63,898 nt of DNA, filler included, from Choristocarpus tenellus KU-1152 (GCA_964200185.2; 8 parts of 8 records of this genome joined end to end with filler, not necessarily neighbours in it), one strand, 5' to 3'; positions 11,294-24,900 are shown, numbered from the whole stretch's first letter. Program-made: numbers and translations. Notes: a model not told the origin generated them from the letters alone.

Positions 11294-13491
11294 GAGTCAG
11301 TGTACATATATATAAGAGAGGGTAGGGGCACGAAAAATCCCCTCTCTTATATCCCGACCTTCTCTTATTGTACATAAGACCACTTTTCTCTTAAACCAAG
11401 GGATCGTGATAAGAGAAACCTATGTTATATCGACCAAAAGTGGTCGTAGGAATATTATACTTGTCCCCGAGCGACAACAGAGCGACGCCCTTGCTGTATG
11501 TGCTTCCCATGTGCCTTCAAGAATAGTTACATGTAGACATGTATTGAACCTTGCCCTCCGTGAGCCCATTTCCATGGGGCTTTGCTGGTGCAGGAAGCAC
11601 ACCACATCTACACCACCCCTCTACAGTGTAACACTGTCATATGTTTACCTTACTGTAGCTTGAGTAAAATTACACTCATTATGATGTATTCACTCAAATG
11701 TATAATACGCCTTCCCAAGAAAAGCATCCGCATGCCGTTGGATGGCTGGACAGACGACCCACAGTTCAAACCAAATCAACGTTCAAAGCCAATCTCCCTC
11801 CGATGCCTTGCCCTACGTATTCACTTGCACTCTACAATGATATTATACAGTACAGTATCAAAAACACCACCGTGGATCAAATAAATGTAGCTGCATCGCC
11901 ATGCACCCCCCATCACGCACAGAGAAAAACTACTTATTCGCCGATAAAAAAAATCGCGACTGCCAAAATAATCTCGAATGTCCACTTGTTTGATTGCCCT
12001 TGCCCCGATTGCGCTGAGCCAAGCCAGCTTTGCTTTCCAGAGATGGTACGAAACATCGTTCACACTGCACTCTTCGACGGTTGTTTCTAAGCTTGCAAGC
12101 TCGTCAGCTACTTGAGAGTACGATGTTGGAGGAATCGAGAACACCGAAGAGGCTGCTCCTTTCCTCATGGCCCCCGATGCGCTTCCCCCTCCCATAAGCC
12201 CATCATCATCCTCGTCACCCAAGCTTTCATTGTCTGGATGGTACAAGAATTTCTCGAGCAGATGGTCTTTCATGTCCTCTAGTGTCGCATTGGCCACTTC
12301 ATTGTAGTCTTCCACACTTATCCATGCTCTTGCTGCGTTGATGGAAGCCTGAGACGGCTTTCCGCCGGGTTTGAGGTGCAGAGCATCAAGAGCATTAGAG
12401 AGATCCTCATTAATATATAGGGACACCTTGTGTGGGACGTTACCTCTACGAAAAAAAATTCCACCTGTGTACTACACTACAGTACACAGTACAGACATTA
12501 AAGTACGACAGAAATGTCCGCAAAATTTCAAAAAATTAAATCATGATCCTCATCAGCTGACAGTGCATAAAGACAATTCAATCACGATCACAATCAACCT
12601 ACTTTCAGATTTTCAATCCACACGCGGACACACCTCGGCATATTTGCCGCCCCTCGTAGACTTGGTGTCAGGCTTCTTCAGCGTCGGCGTTTTTTTCTCC
12701 TTGATGGTTGTTGCCTCCTTCAACTTGGAGAGGGTGCTGTGACCGATTTCAAACTTTTGAGCAACCGCAGTTCCCGTCATGGTCTTCAGGAGTTTCAACG
12801 CTTCCACCTTCTTTGCAAAACTCAAATTTTTCAATTGTCGGCACCGCGAGGCTTCTAGGACACGGCTTTCTCTGTAGATATATTTGGCAGCACCTTCCCC
12901 TTGCCCTTGTTCTTGTTATCGTGGCGCGTTGATGCCGTGTTGTCATTGGCTGGAGGACTCAAAGCCTTGCGCTTGGCAGGGCTCACGCACAATTTGCATA
13001 CGCGTTTCATTTCGCTGGCTCTAAAAGGATCCGCAACGCCGCAAATGCCACGAAGATAACCGCTACAAACAAGACACTTATGCCATGTATAATGTGGTGG
13101 ACCAGGAGTATTACCCTTGATGTTGCAGCTGGATCCCGCTGTGTAGTGCATCGTTTTATATGTACAATGCAGTCGTCTAACCCTTGACCTGATATACTGT
13201 ATGCACTCTACTGTACAGTACTGAGAGACAAAAGACTGCTATGTTGTGTACTGCTGGTGTTGAAAGGCTTTACCCCTTTGTTATGATTTTGGTTAACTTT
13301 AGATATGGCTTTTGTGAAACCCCTGGGTCATGTACTGAAAAAAAAATACGAGTTTGCTCAATAAAAGAGAGAATTGGGAGTAAAACGCCGAAACCTCTCT
13401 TATAGGGTGAAAAGTCTTTACAAGGCAATACAGCCTCTCCTATATCCCATTTTCTCTAGTATCGACCTTTCTTATATAGGTACATCGACTG
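11294..13491 (-). mobile_element. pogo/Tigger (Tc1-mariner) DNA transposon, internally deleted, non-autonomous
   Basis: TA on both flanks (11292-93, 13492-93). Imperfect TIRs: GAGTCAGTGTACATATATATAAGA vs (rc) CAGTCGATGTACCTATATAAGA. Repeated CTCTTAT subterminal motifs at both ends. Minus-strand remnants of a CENP-B/psq-type HTH (LSFAKKVEALKLL..TAVAQKFEIGHSTLSKLK..RGGKYAE) and a pogo-type C-terminus ending KQVDIRDYF. Confidence 0.85.
11821..13151 (-). pseudogene. Disrupted pogo transposase (Cys/His finger + HTH + C-terminal region; DDE core absent)
   Basis: ORF fragments 13151-12855, 12834-12613 and 12426-11821 separated by a stop and frameshifts. Only ~190 nt lie between the HTH and the C-terminal part, mostly a probable GT..AG intron. 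Confidence 0.75.
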
Positions 13492-15641
13492 TATAGGGAG
13501 TTTGTAGAGAATACCGTATTATTGTGAAGGGGAGGGGATTATACAAGAAATAAATAAAGTCGTACACACCTACCACCAATGGTTTGACTTGTGGAGTACT
13601 AGTTCCAACTTCCCAATAAAATGTTTTGAGCGGCAAGGGGGAGAGTTTCCTGGATGAGTTAGACACCCAGCCAGAAGGAGAAAGAGGGGCTGGAGGTTAT
13701 TGGAGGAAGGGGGCTGTCAAGTAGTCCTGTTTCATCGCGACAGATAGTATCCATCACTGTACATGTGAGTTTCTTGACACGTGTCATACGCTTCGATCTA
13801 GAGACGCCAGGCAGATGAGCAAGAAGGGGCCTGACAGATTCTTGGGATGCTTCCGTAGGTCCTCACCCACCTTCGTAGGACAAAGTTATATAGGATAGAA
13901 GCATAGATGTGTGCACATGTCACTTGATAGCGCACAACCTGTAAGGGGAGAATGTGGTAATAGTTTTCAAATAGTAAACCGTTTTTGAATAGGTGTCTTA
14001 GCATGACAAACACTGTTGTAGTTGCAGTAGTAGTCTTTGTCACATAGTTTTGGATATCCTTAACACATCAATGTCTTTCATGTTTATAACTGTTCACTTT
14101 TTAACGGGTTCTGACATTTGAATGGTTTTTCATTGGTGTTTCCCGTGACACATCTACAAAATGTCAAGGAGCATAATAAAAAAAAAAATTGCAACAAAAA
14201 GTCTTAGAACTGCTACTTTGGAAAGGAGTGGTTGTGTTGATATTGCTGTATAGTATATACCGTCATACCGCTTGAGATACCTTGTCAGGAATCCTGGATT
14301 CCAGTGGAGGGTCTTCCGTGAGACTGAGTCCAGAGTTCCACAGGACTGGTGGTGGACCTCTCTTCATCCACATGTAACCACCAAGAGAGTCAATAAGGAT
14401 TTCCTTTGATGCCACGTCCTGTCACTCACTCTGATGATCCACACTCTCGTCATGTCCAATCTTGACCTCACCCTCTTGCCTACGGTCCATCTTGGTCCGT
14501 CTGGTCCGTCTGGTCCGTCACGTGCATTGAACGGCCGATTTCAAAAATTGAGGATGGAGCTTTTCATTGAGGATGGGCTTGACNNNNNNNNNNCCCCACC
14601 CGCGGGCGGAGGTTTTCTTTGGGGATGGGTTTGCCCCAAAATTGACTTGGGATAAAGTGTCGATATGTTTTTTTTTTAAATGTCATTTTGAAATCGGCTG
14701 TTATTGGTTCTCTTTGCCACCCTTGCTTGAGTCAACCACACTGCCACAGAATCGCGCGATTCACAGCATTACGTATTTTAAAGCACGATTCAAACAATAG
14801 TGAGAGCAATAGAGACAATGTGTAGATTCGCATGTGGAATACACTACCAACCTTCTCGATGTGTACACACTCGCTAAAATGGTATCCTTCCATGGGACGA
14901 ATCAGAGTAGGGGGTGGTCACTGTGGGGTTCCTCGTGAAAAAGGGACGATTTTAGACATTTCAATGCCAGGAATCCGTCAAGCACAAACCTCCTAGGACG
15001 GGTCAAACAGAGAGGCCTTCCATACAATACTTTATACAATCTGATAGGCGAGCACGACATAGTATGACATATTGTCACTTATGTCTAAAATGCGACTTCA
15101 TCCCTCCATGATTTTGGTATAATTTTTCAAACAAGTGTACACACAGGTCACCGTCGCCGATAATGTCCCTCAAAATATCCTCTTGTCCTTTTTAGCGAGT
15201 GGGACAAGCTATCACACTCGCTAAAATGATATTGTTTGAGAATCTGGGAAATTAGCTTCCGACTCTGGTCCCTACTCTTACTCACTAATTTCGTTTTGTG
15301 GATGTTGTTAGACTGTGGGATTAAGTAAAAGTAAGCGAGAGGTGTCCAGGGTTGCATTTTTGTACAAACAGAATTTGTTAGTTCTACTGAAAATGGTAAA
15401 ACAATAGAGAAATCAAAGCTCTCAAATAAATGTTTGTACCTAATCCATAGAAATATGGGTGAAAAGCAGAAGATAAAAAAGTGGCTTTAAATGTAAAAAG
15501 GTCAAAACCTGGGTACCTCTCATTTACTTTGGCTCACTCGCTAAAATGATAGTGGGTAGGCAGGTTTGGACCCTTTTGCACTCTAAGCCATCTTTCTCAC
15601 CCTGTGTAGTGCACTCTATTTCATTGCTTCATGTGCACGAA

Positions 15642-15911
15642 GACCCATAGTATCTTAGAGGGGGTGGTGTTTAACCCTTTTTGTCCATTCGGGGCTTGAT
15701 GGGGAGCTGTAAGATGCCCCAGTTTGATGCCTGTCTTGAGGGTGATCTTCCTTTGGATTTGGTTGAGGTAGGGGTATGGAAAAGGAAGGTGCATTCGGAT
15801 TAAGGAAATTGCCCTTGCACCTGACAAGTTCATCCAATGACATGAAAATCACTACAGGTTCACACAGGTCACGAATAGACGCCAACCCCCACCTCTAGGA
15901 TACGATGGATA
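15642..15911. mobile_element. MITE inserted in the foldback arm
   Basis: TIRs CCATAGTATCTTAGAGGGGG vs (rc) CCATCGTATCCTAGAGGTGG; the segment is absent from the opposite arm. Confidence 0.75.
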
Positions 15912-16052
15912 AAAAGTACACACAAAATTGATGTTTCCTCTTTCAACACATAAAGTGACGCCACAGGTAAGCAAATACCTTTATGAAATTGTACACTATG
16001 GCGTCCTTTTGCCCTTTCTCGGGATCCTTAAAATGCAACCTTACCAACCTCT

Positions 16053-16293
16053 GAGTCAAAGTATCTTGGAGGGTAGAGCCCTGTCCATTTGGGGTCCAAA
16101 ATCCAATGTTGCGATTTTGATGTAATTCTAGCTATAGTGTTTGTTAGGAAGTATCAATATTCTGGTTTGGACACACATTTTACCCACTCTGAAACATTTC
16201 GGAGTGGGTAAAATGTCACAAAAAAACTCTGGGAAGCCAAGCTCCAAACGGACAAACAGGGCAAAATTTGTACCCTATGAGATACTTTCACTC
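16053..16293. mobile_element. MITE (AAAGTATCT-TIR family, ~240-260 bp subtype)
   Basis: GAGTCAAAGTATCTTGGAGGGTA ... TACCCTATGAGATACTTTCACTC, flanked by TCT/TCT. Inverted relative at 44208-44465 and a partial copy near 45790-45920. Confidence 0.8.
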
Positions 16294-18122
16294 TCTTGGA
16301 TAGTTTGACTCTGACACTAGTCATGTTTGGCATACTGATATCTGAGTCCTGTCACGAATTAACAAACCAAACCAATGAAGAGGTAGGCAGACCTGCATTT
16401 TAAGGATCCCAAGAAAGGGCAAGAATATGTCATTTTGTGCAAATGCAGAAAGAGCCTTTGCTAAATTGTGGTGTCACTCTCTGTGTGGAAAGGGATTATA
16501 TAAATTTTGCATGCACTCTTGTGCACATACAGCAATGAAATAGAGTGCATTGGACAGGATAAGAAAAATGGCTTAATTTGCAAAAGGGTCCAAAGCTGCA
16601 AACCTCCTAATCGTTTTGACTCAAATGTCCATCATTCAGAACAATAGTGTTGGTGTGTCTGAAGGGAGCAGTGAAGGCAAGCCTGCTGCAACAGATTGGG
16701 CCAGTAACTGCCAAACAGCATCTCCAGGCATGTCGTGCATTTTAAACGTTGAGACACCAGTTCGGCGAGCTAAGAGGGACTTAACTAGTTCTTAGATTCT
16801 TCTTTCTTCTTGACCACCATCAAAACAGTGTCAGTCTATGAGCAAATTTCTTGTTTTTTTCTTGTTTCATATACACAAGTAACTCTTGTTGGTGTGTATC
16901 ACAAGCCTTTAGTGTTTTGTGGTGTTTGTTACTATCTGTACTTTTTGTTCTTCCTCATATCCTACTCGGAGTATAAGACAACATTTTCAAAGTGTCAGTG
17001 GGCGTAATCCAATATGTGAAGACACACGCTTTCTAAACAATACTACACACCCATGGTCAAACGGTTAGGCCAGATCTGCAGGGGAATAATGGGCATCCGT
17101 TGCACGCTGGAGGATGACAGCCCATTTCCAGTGTATGGGGGATTTCGCATGGGTGTTGGTGTTGCTCCCGATGGCGCATTCTTAGAAGCTGGTCCAGCCT
17201 TCTACCGTGATAGAGGCCTTCCGGATGTTGCCCTTACAGAGGTCCAGGCAGCCTGCCATCTATTTCCACCAGCAATGGGTCAAAGTATCTGGGGAGAGGG
17301 GGGGGGGTTGTCAGGGGGCGTCCATTTCNNNNNNNNNNNNNNNNNNNNNNNNNNNNNNNNNNNNNNNNNNNNTTAATTAATTAANNNNNNNNNNNNNNNN
17401 NNNNNNNNNNNNNNNNNNNNNNNNNNNNCCCCGTACTGATCAAAACAAGAATATAGTTTTTTGACTCCCTTTTCTTAAAGGCGAATGCAATCAACGACAT
17501 TTTTATCAAAACATGTATGCCAGCAACAATGGGGTATGAAGAACACCAACCAATGATGGCACCTTGCAGATCTGCTTTCCTCTGCCTTTCCTCTAGACAG
17601 GCTCTTGGTGGACTGAAAACCTTCATCACATAGTAAGCATATCACATTCTTGACGTTGCTTTCGTAAGTCACACTTTTGGAATACTCAGGTTGTCGGAAG
17701 TGTATACTTGTAGGTTGCCAGTAATGTTTCATTGGAAATTAGTGTTAAATATGTCTCTATTTGACCTTTAAAATGGGAATAAAAGTGAATTTGCAACTGG
17801 GAGAATGTCTGTGTGCCCTAACCCATTTTATGTCTTGTGCATATCATTGTCATTCATCACTGTCTTCCCTTTCTGTTTTTGATGGCTCTAGGGATTTTCC
17901 ACTGTGAATCTAGCTGGTTGTGTGTGGCTCGTTCTTGTGGACTAAATGGCACCCATAACTGGTGTGAATAAAGATTCTGGGCACCTCCTAGAGATGTTGC
18001 CTCTCCCCCCTCCCTGTCACCACTATATCTCTTGCCGTATTAGCCTCATAGAGTTTCTTTGCCCTTGCCATAACTTTTGTCATTTTAACTTCTTTATTGC
18101 TTTAAGGCCAAATACCCTCAAG

Positions 18123-20867
18123 CAGCATGACTTCACTGTGAAGGAGCACCTACAGGAATACCTGGGCATGGATATCGGAGAAGGGGAAGCAGAATGTGTG
18201 AACTACATTGTGGCTGTGAAGGATCCATTCAGCTGGTCAATCACTTTGAAGAGATGGATGAGGAATCACCAAGGTTCACAAAGCCAAACTTGGAGTGGAA
18301 GGTCAGATTTCGTTGACTAGAAGATGAGGGATGAGAATGTGAGGGCTTGCACCTACACTTGCGCCCTCTTTGGTAAGGAACTGACACTTGCGTTGATCTT
18401 ACCATGGACTCTAGGAGAATGCGGCTTGTACAAATTTGAAAATTGGAATAATAAACTGATCAATATTCTTTTAGATAATGCCCCGCAATGTATACATGCT
18501 TATATATCTGTGGATATATGTAGACAATGATTGTAAGTGTTAACCATAATAAATAGTGCATTCAATTAAACTGAAAACACACACAAAAATCAAGATTGAT
18601 TTTTTTCTCATTCACATGCACCCTAACCCTATAATCCTAATGCCTATAATGATGGGATTTCTTTGTTGCACATATGTTTCAATTTAATGGGTTGAGTACT
18701 TGTCAAGTTGTTTAGTTTTTTTTTTCATACTTGCAAAGTCTCTCAATTCACAACACCACAGCAAGTAGTTTCATGATGGTTCAGCTCGGTTCTCATCAAT
18801 TTCTAGGTTCCTGTATAACCCAGGTATCAATTGCTTTGGTATTTCATATTCATGAACTGACCAGGTGGTGCAGATTATACCATTTCCCTTTAATATATTC
18901 TAGACTATTATTCTATTATACTAGACTTATACTATTGGACTAGACTATTTATCTAGTATTTCTCTCTCAAGAGAAAACACAATGCAACAAGAGCTGACTT
19001 CTCTGACCGATCCTGATTGCCATTCTTGCATGTTGTAATTGATGTAGCCTGTAACTACTGGCCAGGCTTTGTACACAAAAGAACAGTATGGTTAAGCTTT
19101 GGTGCAACCTATTTGGTGCAATCTATACCCCCAACGTAACCAAGTCCCCACACCTAACCTTCTGACATAACCAGCTCTTTACACTTGACACCGCATGCCT
19201 ACATGAATTACATCTATCCTAACCCTAACTCCTATTGTGTCCATTTCAATGGCCAATCTATTTTTGAAGATTAAATAATCTTTCAGAGTATAACTCTTTC
19301 TACTCTACCTGGCTGGAGTGGTGGAGAGAATCGCCAGAGCTTGTGACATTTGTTCCCTTCCCAGTACTCATAAAGGAGAATTTTGATGCAGCTCGACAGG
19401 TATTCTGCACCCTGTGCCTGGGGGGACTATTAACAAATGATCTTGGTTGGCTTCATTCTTATTTTATAGGTTTTATTTGTAGTATTTTAATGTTCCATGA
19501 TATGGATCATTCCATGGTATGGATCTGGGGAAGTATTTAGGAGAGAACTGCGAAGGGGAAATTGGGGTGGATTGCATCAGACATAGGGGGGTGAGCAAGA
19601 ACGCATTTACTCCTGGGTACTGCCGTAAAAATTGGTGCAGTTTTAGAAGGGCACAGCAGGAATGGGGACCACCTAAGGTGAGTGAAGTGGAAGGGGGTGG
19701 TAGAGGTGAGCACATAGGAGGCTTGAGATGGTATGCAAAGGGTTACCAAGAAAATGTTAAGAAAATGTTATTAGCAGAAGTCTAGATCGTTTGGTCATAC
19801 CTGACACGTAACATCCATTACTGGCACAACGTTTTAATATCAGTTGCTCTATGATGTCTGCTGTCTAGCACTGGTATGATGTCTGCTGTCTAACACTGGT
19901 ATGGTGAACACCGCCTGTTCTAAGGATAACACTCGGCACCATTTCCTATATAAACATATAAATATAGCCGGTTTAGGTAGTAATACCCATTGTTCAGACA
20001 ATGGTTGGGTATGTGTAACAATAAAATGTTCATTTTTTTGTTTTATGTAAGCACTTTGTCTTCAGAGGTGTGCAATATTGCCATACATAGAGACGTTACA
20101 TGAAAATAAATTTGCTATAATGTGCAGGTTGGACTTCAGTCCTCTTTGTATGCCAGAATATCTGCTCATTGACACGATCCCCATAATCTTTATTAACCCC
20201 TGTGTAGTATTTATTGAAAGGAATCTAGTGTAACAATCCTGGTACACTAGATATGAAGAGAGATATGTAGAGAGTTTTTTTGGTATGGTAACCCTAACCT
20301 TAGAGAGGTTTTTATCGTACAGTAACATGCTATGGAATATTGTAGGGTACCCTACCATACTATGCATATGTGGAGGCCTCTAAAAACACACTCCAGGGCT
20401 AGGTGAGGATCATCAGATATCACAATCAAAGGAGAAACACATCTTTGGTGACACACATTATCACTATGAGCATTAATACTTTGTGTGCTTGTGCCTCCTA
20501 TGGAATCTATTGGCTACATTGTGTGCTGTCTCTAACCACCTCTGCACTATGTGTACATTGCTTCTATCTCATCCCCAGAATTTTATGTCTGTTCACCATC
20601 TCACATCTTGTATATAGCAAGAATAATATTCTGTGAATGTTCTATAACACAGCATAATGACATGGCAACATGACATAGGATGTTCAACCTTAATTTGGTG
20701 ACCATGTGTTGTAGAGAGTGAGGAGCAGAGACCAGAGACCGAGCAAGAGCAGTAGTTGATGTCTTGATCAAGTCGATCTCTTGATCTAGTTCACATTAGA
20801 TGCTCGGCCCAATACATAGATGAAGAGGGTTGTGCAACCCCCACAATTCCAACCCCACTTCCATTGA

Positions 20868-20899
<32 letters not shown>

Positions 20900-21923
20900 C
20901 GCACCAAGGCTACACCGGTCATATCACACGCACTTGCACATAATTCCTAGGTATCCCAAACCTGTAGTCAAAAGGTAGAGGAAAGTATAGGCTTAGTGCA
21001 TTTTAAAATAAGAAAAAGAAAAAATATATAATAACTTCGTGTAGCTTCATGTAGCTAAGAAGGGTAGCCAAGAGGGCTATATGCAATAGCACCAATAGTG
21101 GGAACAGGAAATCATTAATGTTGCCAACATTGCCAGACCCTCTGGGGAGAAGGTGCTGTACCATTGAAGACCACCTCCATACTGTACTTGTTTCTCCAGG
21201 ATGCGTCTAGAATACCCTAGTATGCTGCCAATGTTTTATCCTTGTTATTCTTGTCATTTTTGGTTCTATTTGCTGTAGCACGTATTTTCCTGTACATCAC
21301 CTATCAGATAGAGAAATTGTATCATCTTGGACATAACCCATGTATTGGTGGATTTTATATGACAATTGGTGACAAGTCAGTCCTGCTGGGGCAGGCCTAA
21401 GACATGCACTCTCTTCCTCCTTGGTCCTGGTTGTGGTGTGTTGCCCTTGCCTCCCTGTCTTTATCCCTGAACAGTAATTTCCCTTGACACAATCTAAAAT
21501 CACAATGTTGTCAGTGTGTGTGCCCCAGATACATAAAATCTGTTGTACTTTATTTCCTTTGATATTTTTGCTTTTGCATGACCCTTGTATTCTTTAGCTG
21601 TACCAAATACTCATACTTGATACTCTTTGTCCCTCCCCTCCCCCCAATCTCCTTATTTATTGTCCTACCAGCTAGGATTGAAGCTTGGCTTAGCCACTGT
21701 GGATGCCCCAACTGGTCCAAATGCGGGGCAATGGGAGCTGGGTGGTGAGGCAATCCGTCCTTTCTTCCAAAGCACAAAAAAATTCTACCTTGGTCAGGAT
21801 TTTATGCTGAAATATGAGGGATGGGAAATAGAAAAGGTTGGACAACAGTTGGATCACAGTCTAAAATGCTATGTGTCTGATTTCTACGGGGAGGATATCT
21901 ATGCCGCAAGTTGGAAGGCCTAA
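18123..21923 (+). CDS. Partial multi-exon gene, sulfotransferase-like (tentative)
   Basis: Exon from 18123 (QHDFTVKEHLQEYLG...YIVAVKDPFSWSITLKRW; cf. the 3'-PB motif RDP.SW), exon 19365-19399 (LIKENFDAARQ) and terminal exon 21672-21923 (LGLKLGL...KFYLGQDFMLKYEGWEIEKVGQQLDHSL...WKA*). Middle exons are uncertain and the 5'-PSB motif was not seen. Confidence 0.5.
20868..20895. repeat. (CT)n microsatellite
   Basis: Perfect CT run. Confidence 0.95.
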
Positions 21924-24900
21924 CGTTGTTGGACTGGTAAGAGACAGTTCTGACTGTCTTGAATTAGTGTTTTACTTCAAAGGACCTCACCCTAGTATAT
22001 GTATGTAGTGCAGGAAGGCGTTTGTTGTAGCCTCAATTTGAATGCACTCTGTAGTGGTGTTCACAGTGTGTTGTCCACTACTATACATTGATACATTCTT
22101 TCCCAGCACATGTGGACAGCCTGATTGGGCATTTCAAAATATAATGGTAGCGATACATCACAGTTTATTTTAGTAACAAGGACATACTTCAACATCACAA
22201 AAATTCGTCTTGTTATTGAGAAACAGATGTTCTTGAGCCATTTTAAGCACTATGTGTCTTGTCTGAGATGTGATGTGGTAAGGTGGAATGTTAGTATGTG
22301 TCATAGTGTACAGGAAATACTAATACCAGCAGGACAAAGGAAATTATTGAAATCAAGAGTTTTTTCCTGACCAGGTTTTGACCTTTACTTTTTGATCTTT
22401 ACACCTCACAATGTTCACACCCATGCTCGTACTCAATTGAGTGCATTACATTATTATGTAAGTGTTGGGGCAGATGTTGTTGATACTCATTACTTTTTTA
22501 TTCATAACACTGTTTCTGTCAACTCTATACTAAACTTGTCGTCCTTTCCTCTATAACCAAGCATGGGCTAGGTATTATGTTGTTGTACCTACCTTACACA
22601 TCTACCCTATACATCTTTCATAATTTTCGCTGTCTGAATTTTTGTTGCTAGTGTATTTCTGTTCTTTTTTTTTCAAACACACAGAGTGTACAAGTAGTAG
22701 ACAGCACAGGTAGGATCCAAGACCATATTCCCATCTTATTTGTGTTGTTCAATAGTAGTTTGGCAGGTTTTTTTACTCACCTTTATGTTCCCACACAATG
22801 GTAAGGCAAAAAAAAGTGTGTCATTTCATTGCCTCTACTGAACGGGTACTGAGGTTTTGTTTTTTCTTTTGCTGTGGTCATTATTTATGTTAATAACATT
22901 GTTTGTGTCAATAACATTATTTCTGTCGAAAACACCACTATTTAACATATCCAACCTTGACCTTGAGTTTGAATGTTGGGACAAGGGAAAGATGAGGTCT
23001 ATTTCCATTGTGGTTAGCCCTTGAAGATAAAACATTCCTGCAATTGTAATTTTGCAGTGATCCTGAACTTGGGAGGGTGGTGAGCTGTACCAACGATGGT
23101 GGGGGATTATAGGAGGACAGCTTGCCCTTCTCTCAATCATTTGTCTGCAAGATTTAGCCAGTCATTGATGTTAGGTCTCTAGCTGATGTGTCCTGTTTGA
23201 CCAATCACATCCTATTTTGATGTTACCAGTGTGCACCACTCCATGTACCTTACCCACCTAACACACACACACACATATACACACACACACTTTCATGGGA
23301 TACTGATGGCACATATGTCAGTATACCACAAGTGATCAAGCATAACGTCTCAACAGAGTTAAGAATACTTAATGAACTTTTGACTTGCTGCCCAGCACAT
23401 GAACACATTGTGTCATGCCAAACATTGGACACACGTTTCATATATTTTACCTCACTGAGTAGAATGCCATTGAAGGTGGGTATATTTGGCCCCTGTCACT
23501 ATCAGTTGCTGACAAAGATTCATTAGGGTTGACTTCTGAAATTTCTTGTGCTGGATCAAGAAGCTATTTTTTAAAAGTAAGGACAACATGTTCATGACTT
23601 ACTTTTAGTATCAATTCAGCGATGACGGTGTCTCCCTTGAATCAGATGTGTTTGCACTTTAATTGTTGGTTCATAGAATATTGATGTAACATGCATTAGT
23701 CAAGGTACTTCCCAACATCCAACAGCACCACATCTCTCAAGTGTGGTTAGTCTCAAAACGAAAGCACTTGAGAAGTCCATTTTTGTTTTGTGCAGCATTG
23801 AGCAAGAGTTGCTATGTGCACTACTACAGTACTATTATCATAGTACACTTTCTTTGGCCTTTGCCTCCATACCAAGAAAATGTTTGCCACTTCAACACAG
23901 ATAAGGAGGTAGAGGGTGAATTGCCGCTCCAGTATTTTCATACCCAGTGAAGTGTGAAGTGTTGTGGACCCTGCGTGTGAGGTATGGAATGTGGTTGTCG
24001 TTATTCACTTGAAAAACATGATCAAAGTCTGTAGGTGGGCACAGGAGCAGGATACTGTACCCTATGTGACTAAGAACCTACAAACTACAAACTAGGTTCA
24101 AACCGTGATTCAAACCATGATTGGCATGGTGTGTCTGTCCACTTCAAGTCATACTCATATATTTCTAGATTATGGGACGAAATACAAGCCTAAACTTCAG
24201 TTCCAACCTGAAATGACACATCTTTTTCATTAACATGCATTACTAATGCCCCATGACTTGGTGTGGGTTCATGACTGTTGTGTATCTGTTTACAGCTATG
24301 ACTGTCACTCTAATGTGGGCTAGGTAGGAAGTCGACAAAGATAATTGGGTTAGTAGGGAGGGCTGCAAATGTTATAATATGGCAGTCCTTTCAACAGTAA
24401 TTAATATCTCACTGCATAGTACTCTTTTTACTAGAAATTATGAACAGCTCCTTGCAAAGACTTCTATTGGTAATAATGTAGCACCTGCCTACCGAGGTCC
24501 TGTACTTAACCCTTACCTTGACCAGGTATGTTACAACAGCAAACCAAAGAAACAATAATAACTATCATAGCTGCTGTCCATGGGTACCTGGTGTGAATTG
24601 GACCTATCACCATAAACAATGACAAGCTTTTTTGCATTCCAACTGCTGCCACTAATCCTATACATCTATTGTGCAGATTGGTTTCTAAGACCAAAATTTG
24701 CAATATCCAGACGCCACTGGTTGGTAGTGTATGCACAAATGGTAGGTGGTACATGTTGACATGGATATTTCCTCAACTCATACATGTGTATGGGGCCACA
24801 TGTGGATTACCATCCGTACTCTTTTATGAATATAGCACCAGGTGTCCTTGGCTGGCTACATATTACTCTTCATTTTATTCAAGATCACGCTTCAGTTGTG

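Larger units (their letters stand above)
14868..16620. mobile_element. Cluster of non-autonomous TIR/foldback elements with CACTCGCTAAAA termini (CACTA-like, tentative)
   Basis: CACTCGCTAAAATG at 14868, 15215 and 15535, with its reverse complement ending at 15201. Long inverted arms: 15540-15641 plus 15912-16052 pair with 16378-16620. Confidence 0.6.

Noticed and set aside
18318-18320. Alternative genetic code (TAG as sense)
   Set aside because: Conserved genes (kinase, CFAP57, flotillin) have no in-frame stops, and the other in-frame stops are in decayed elements.
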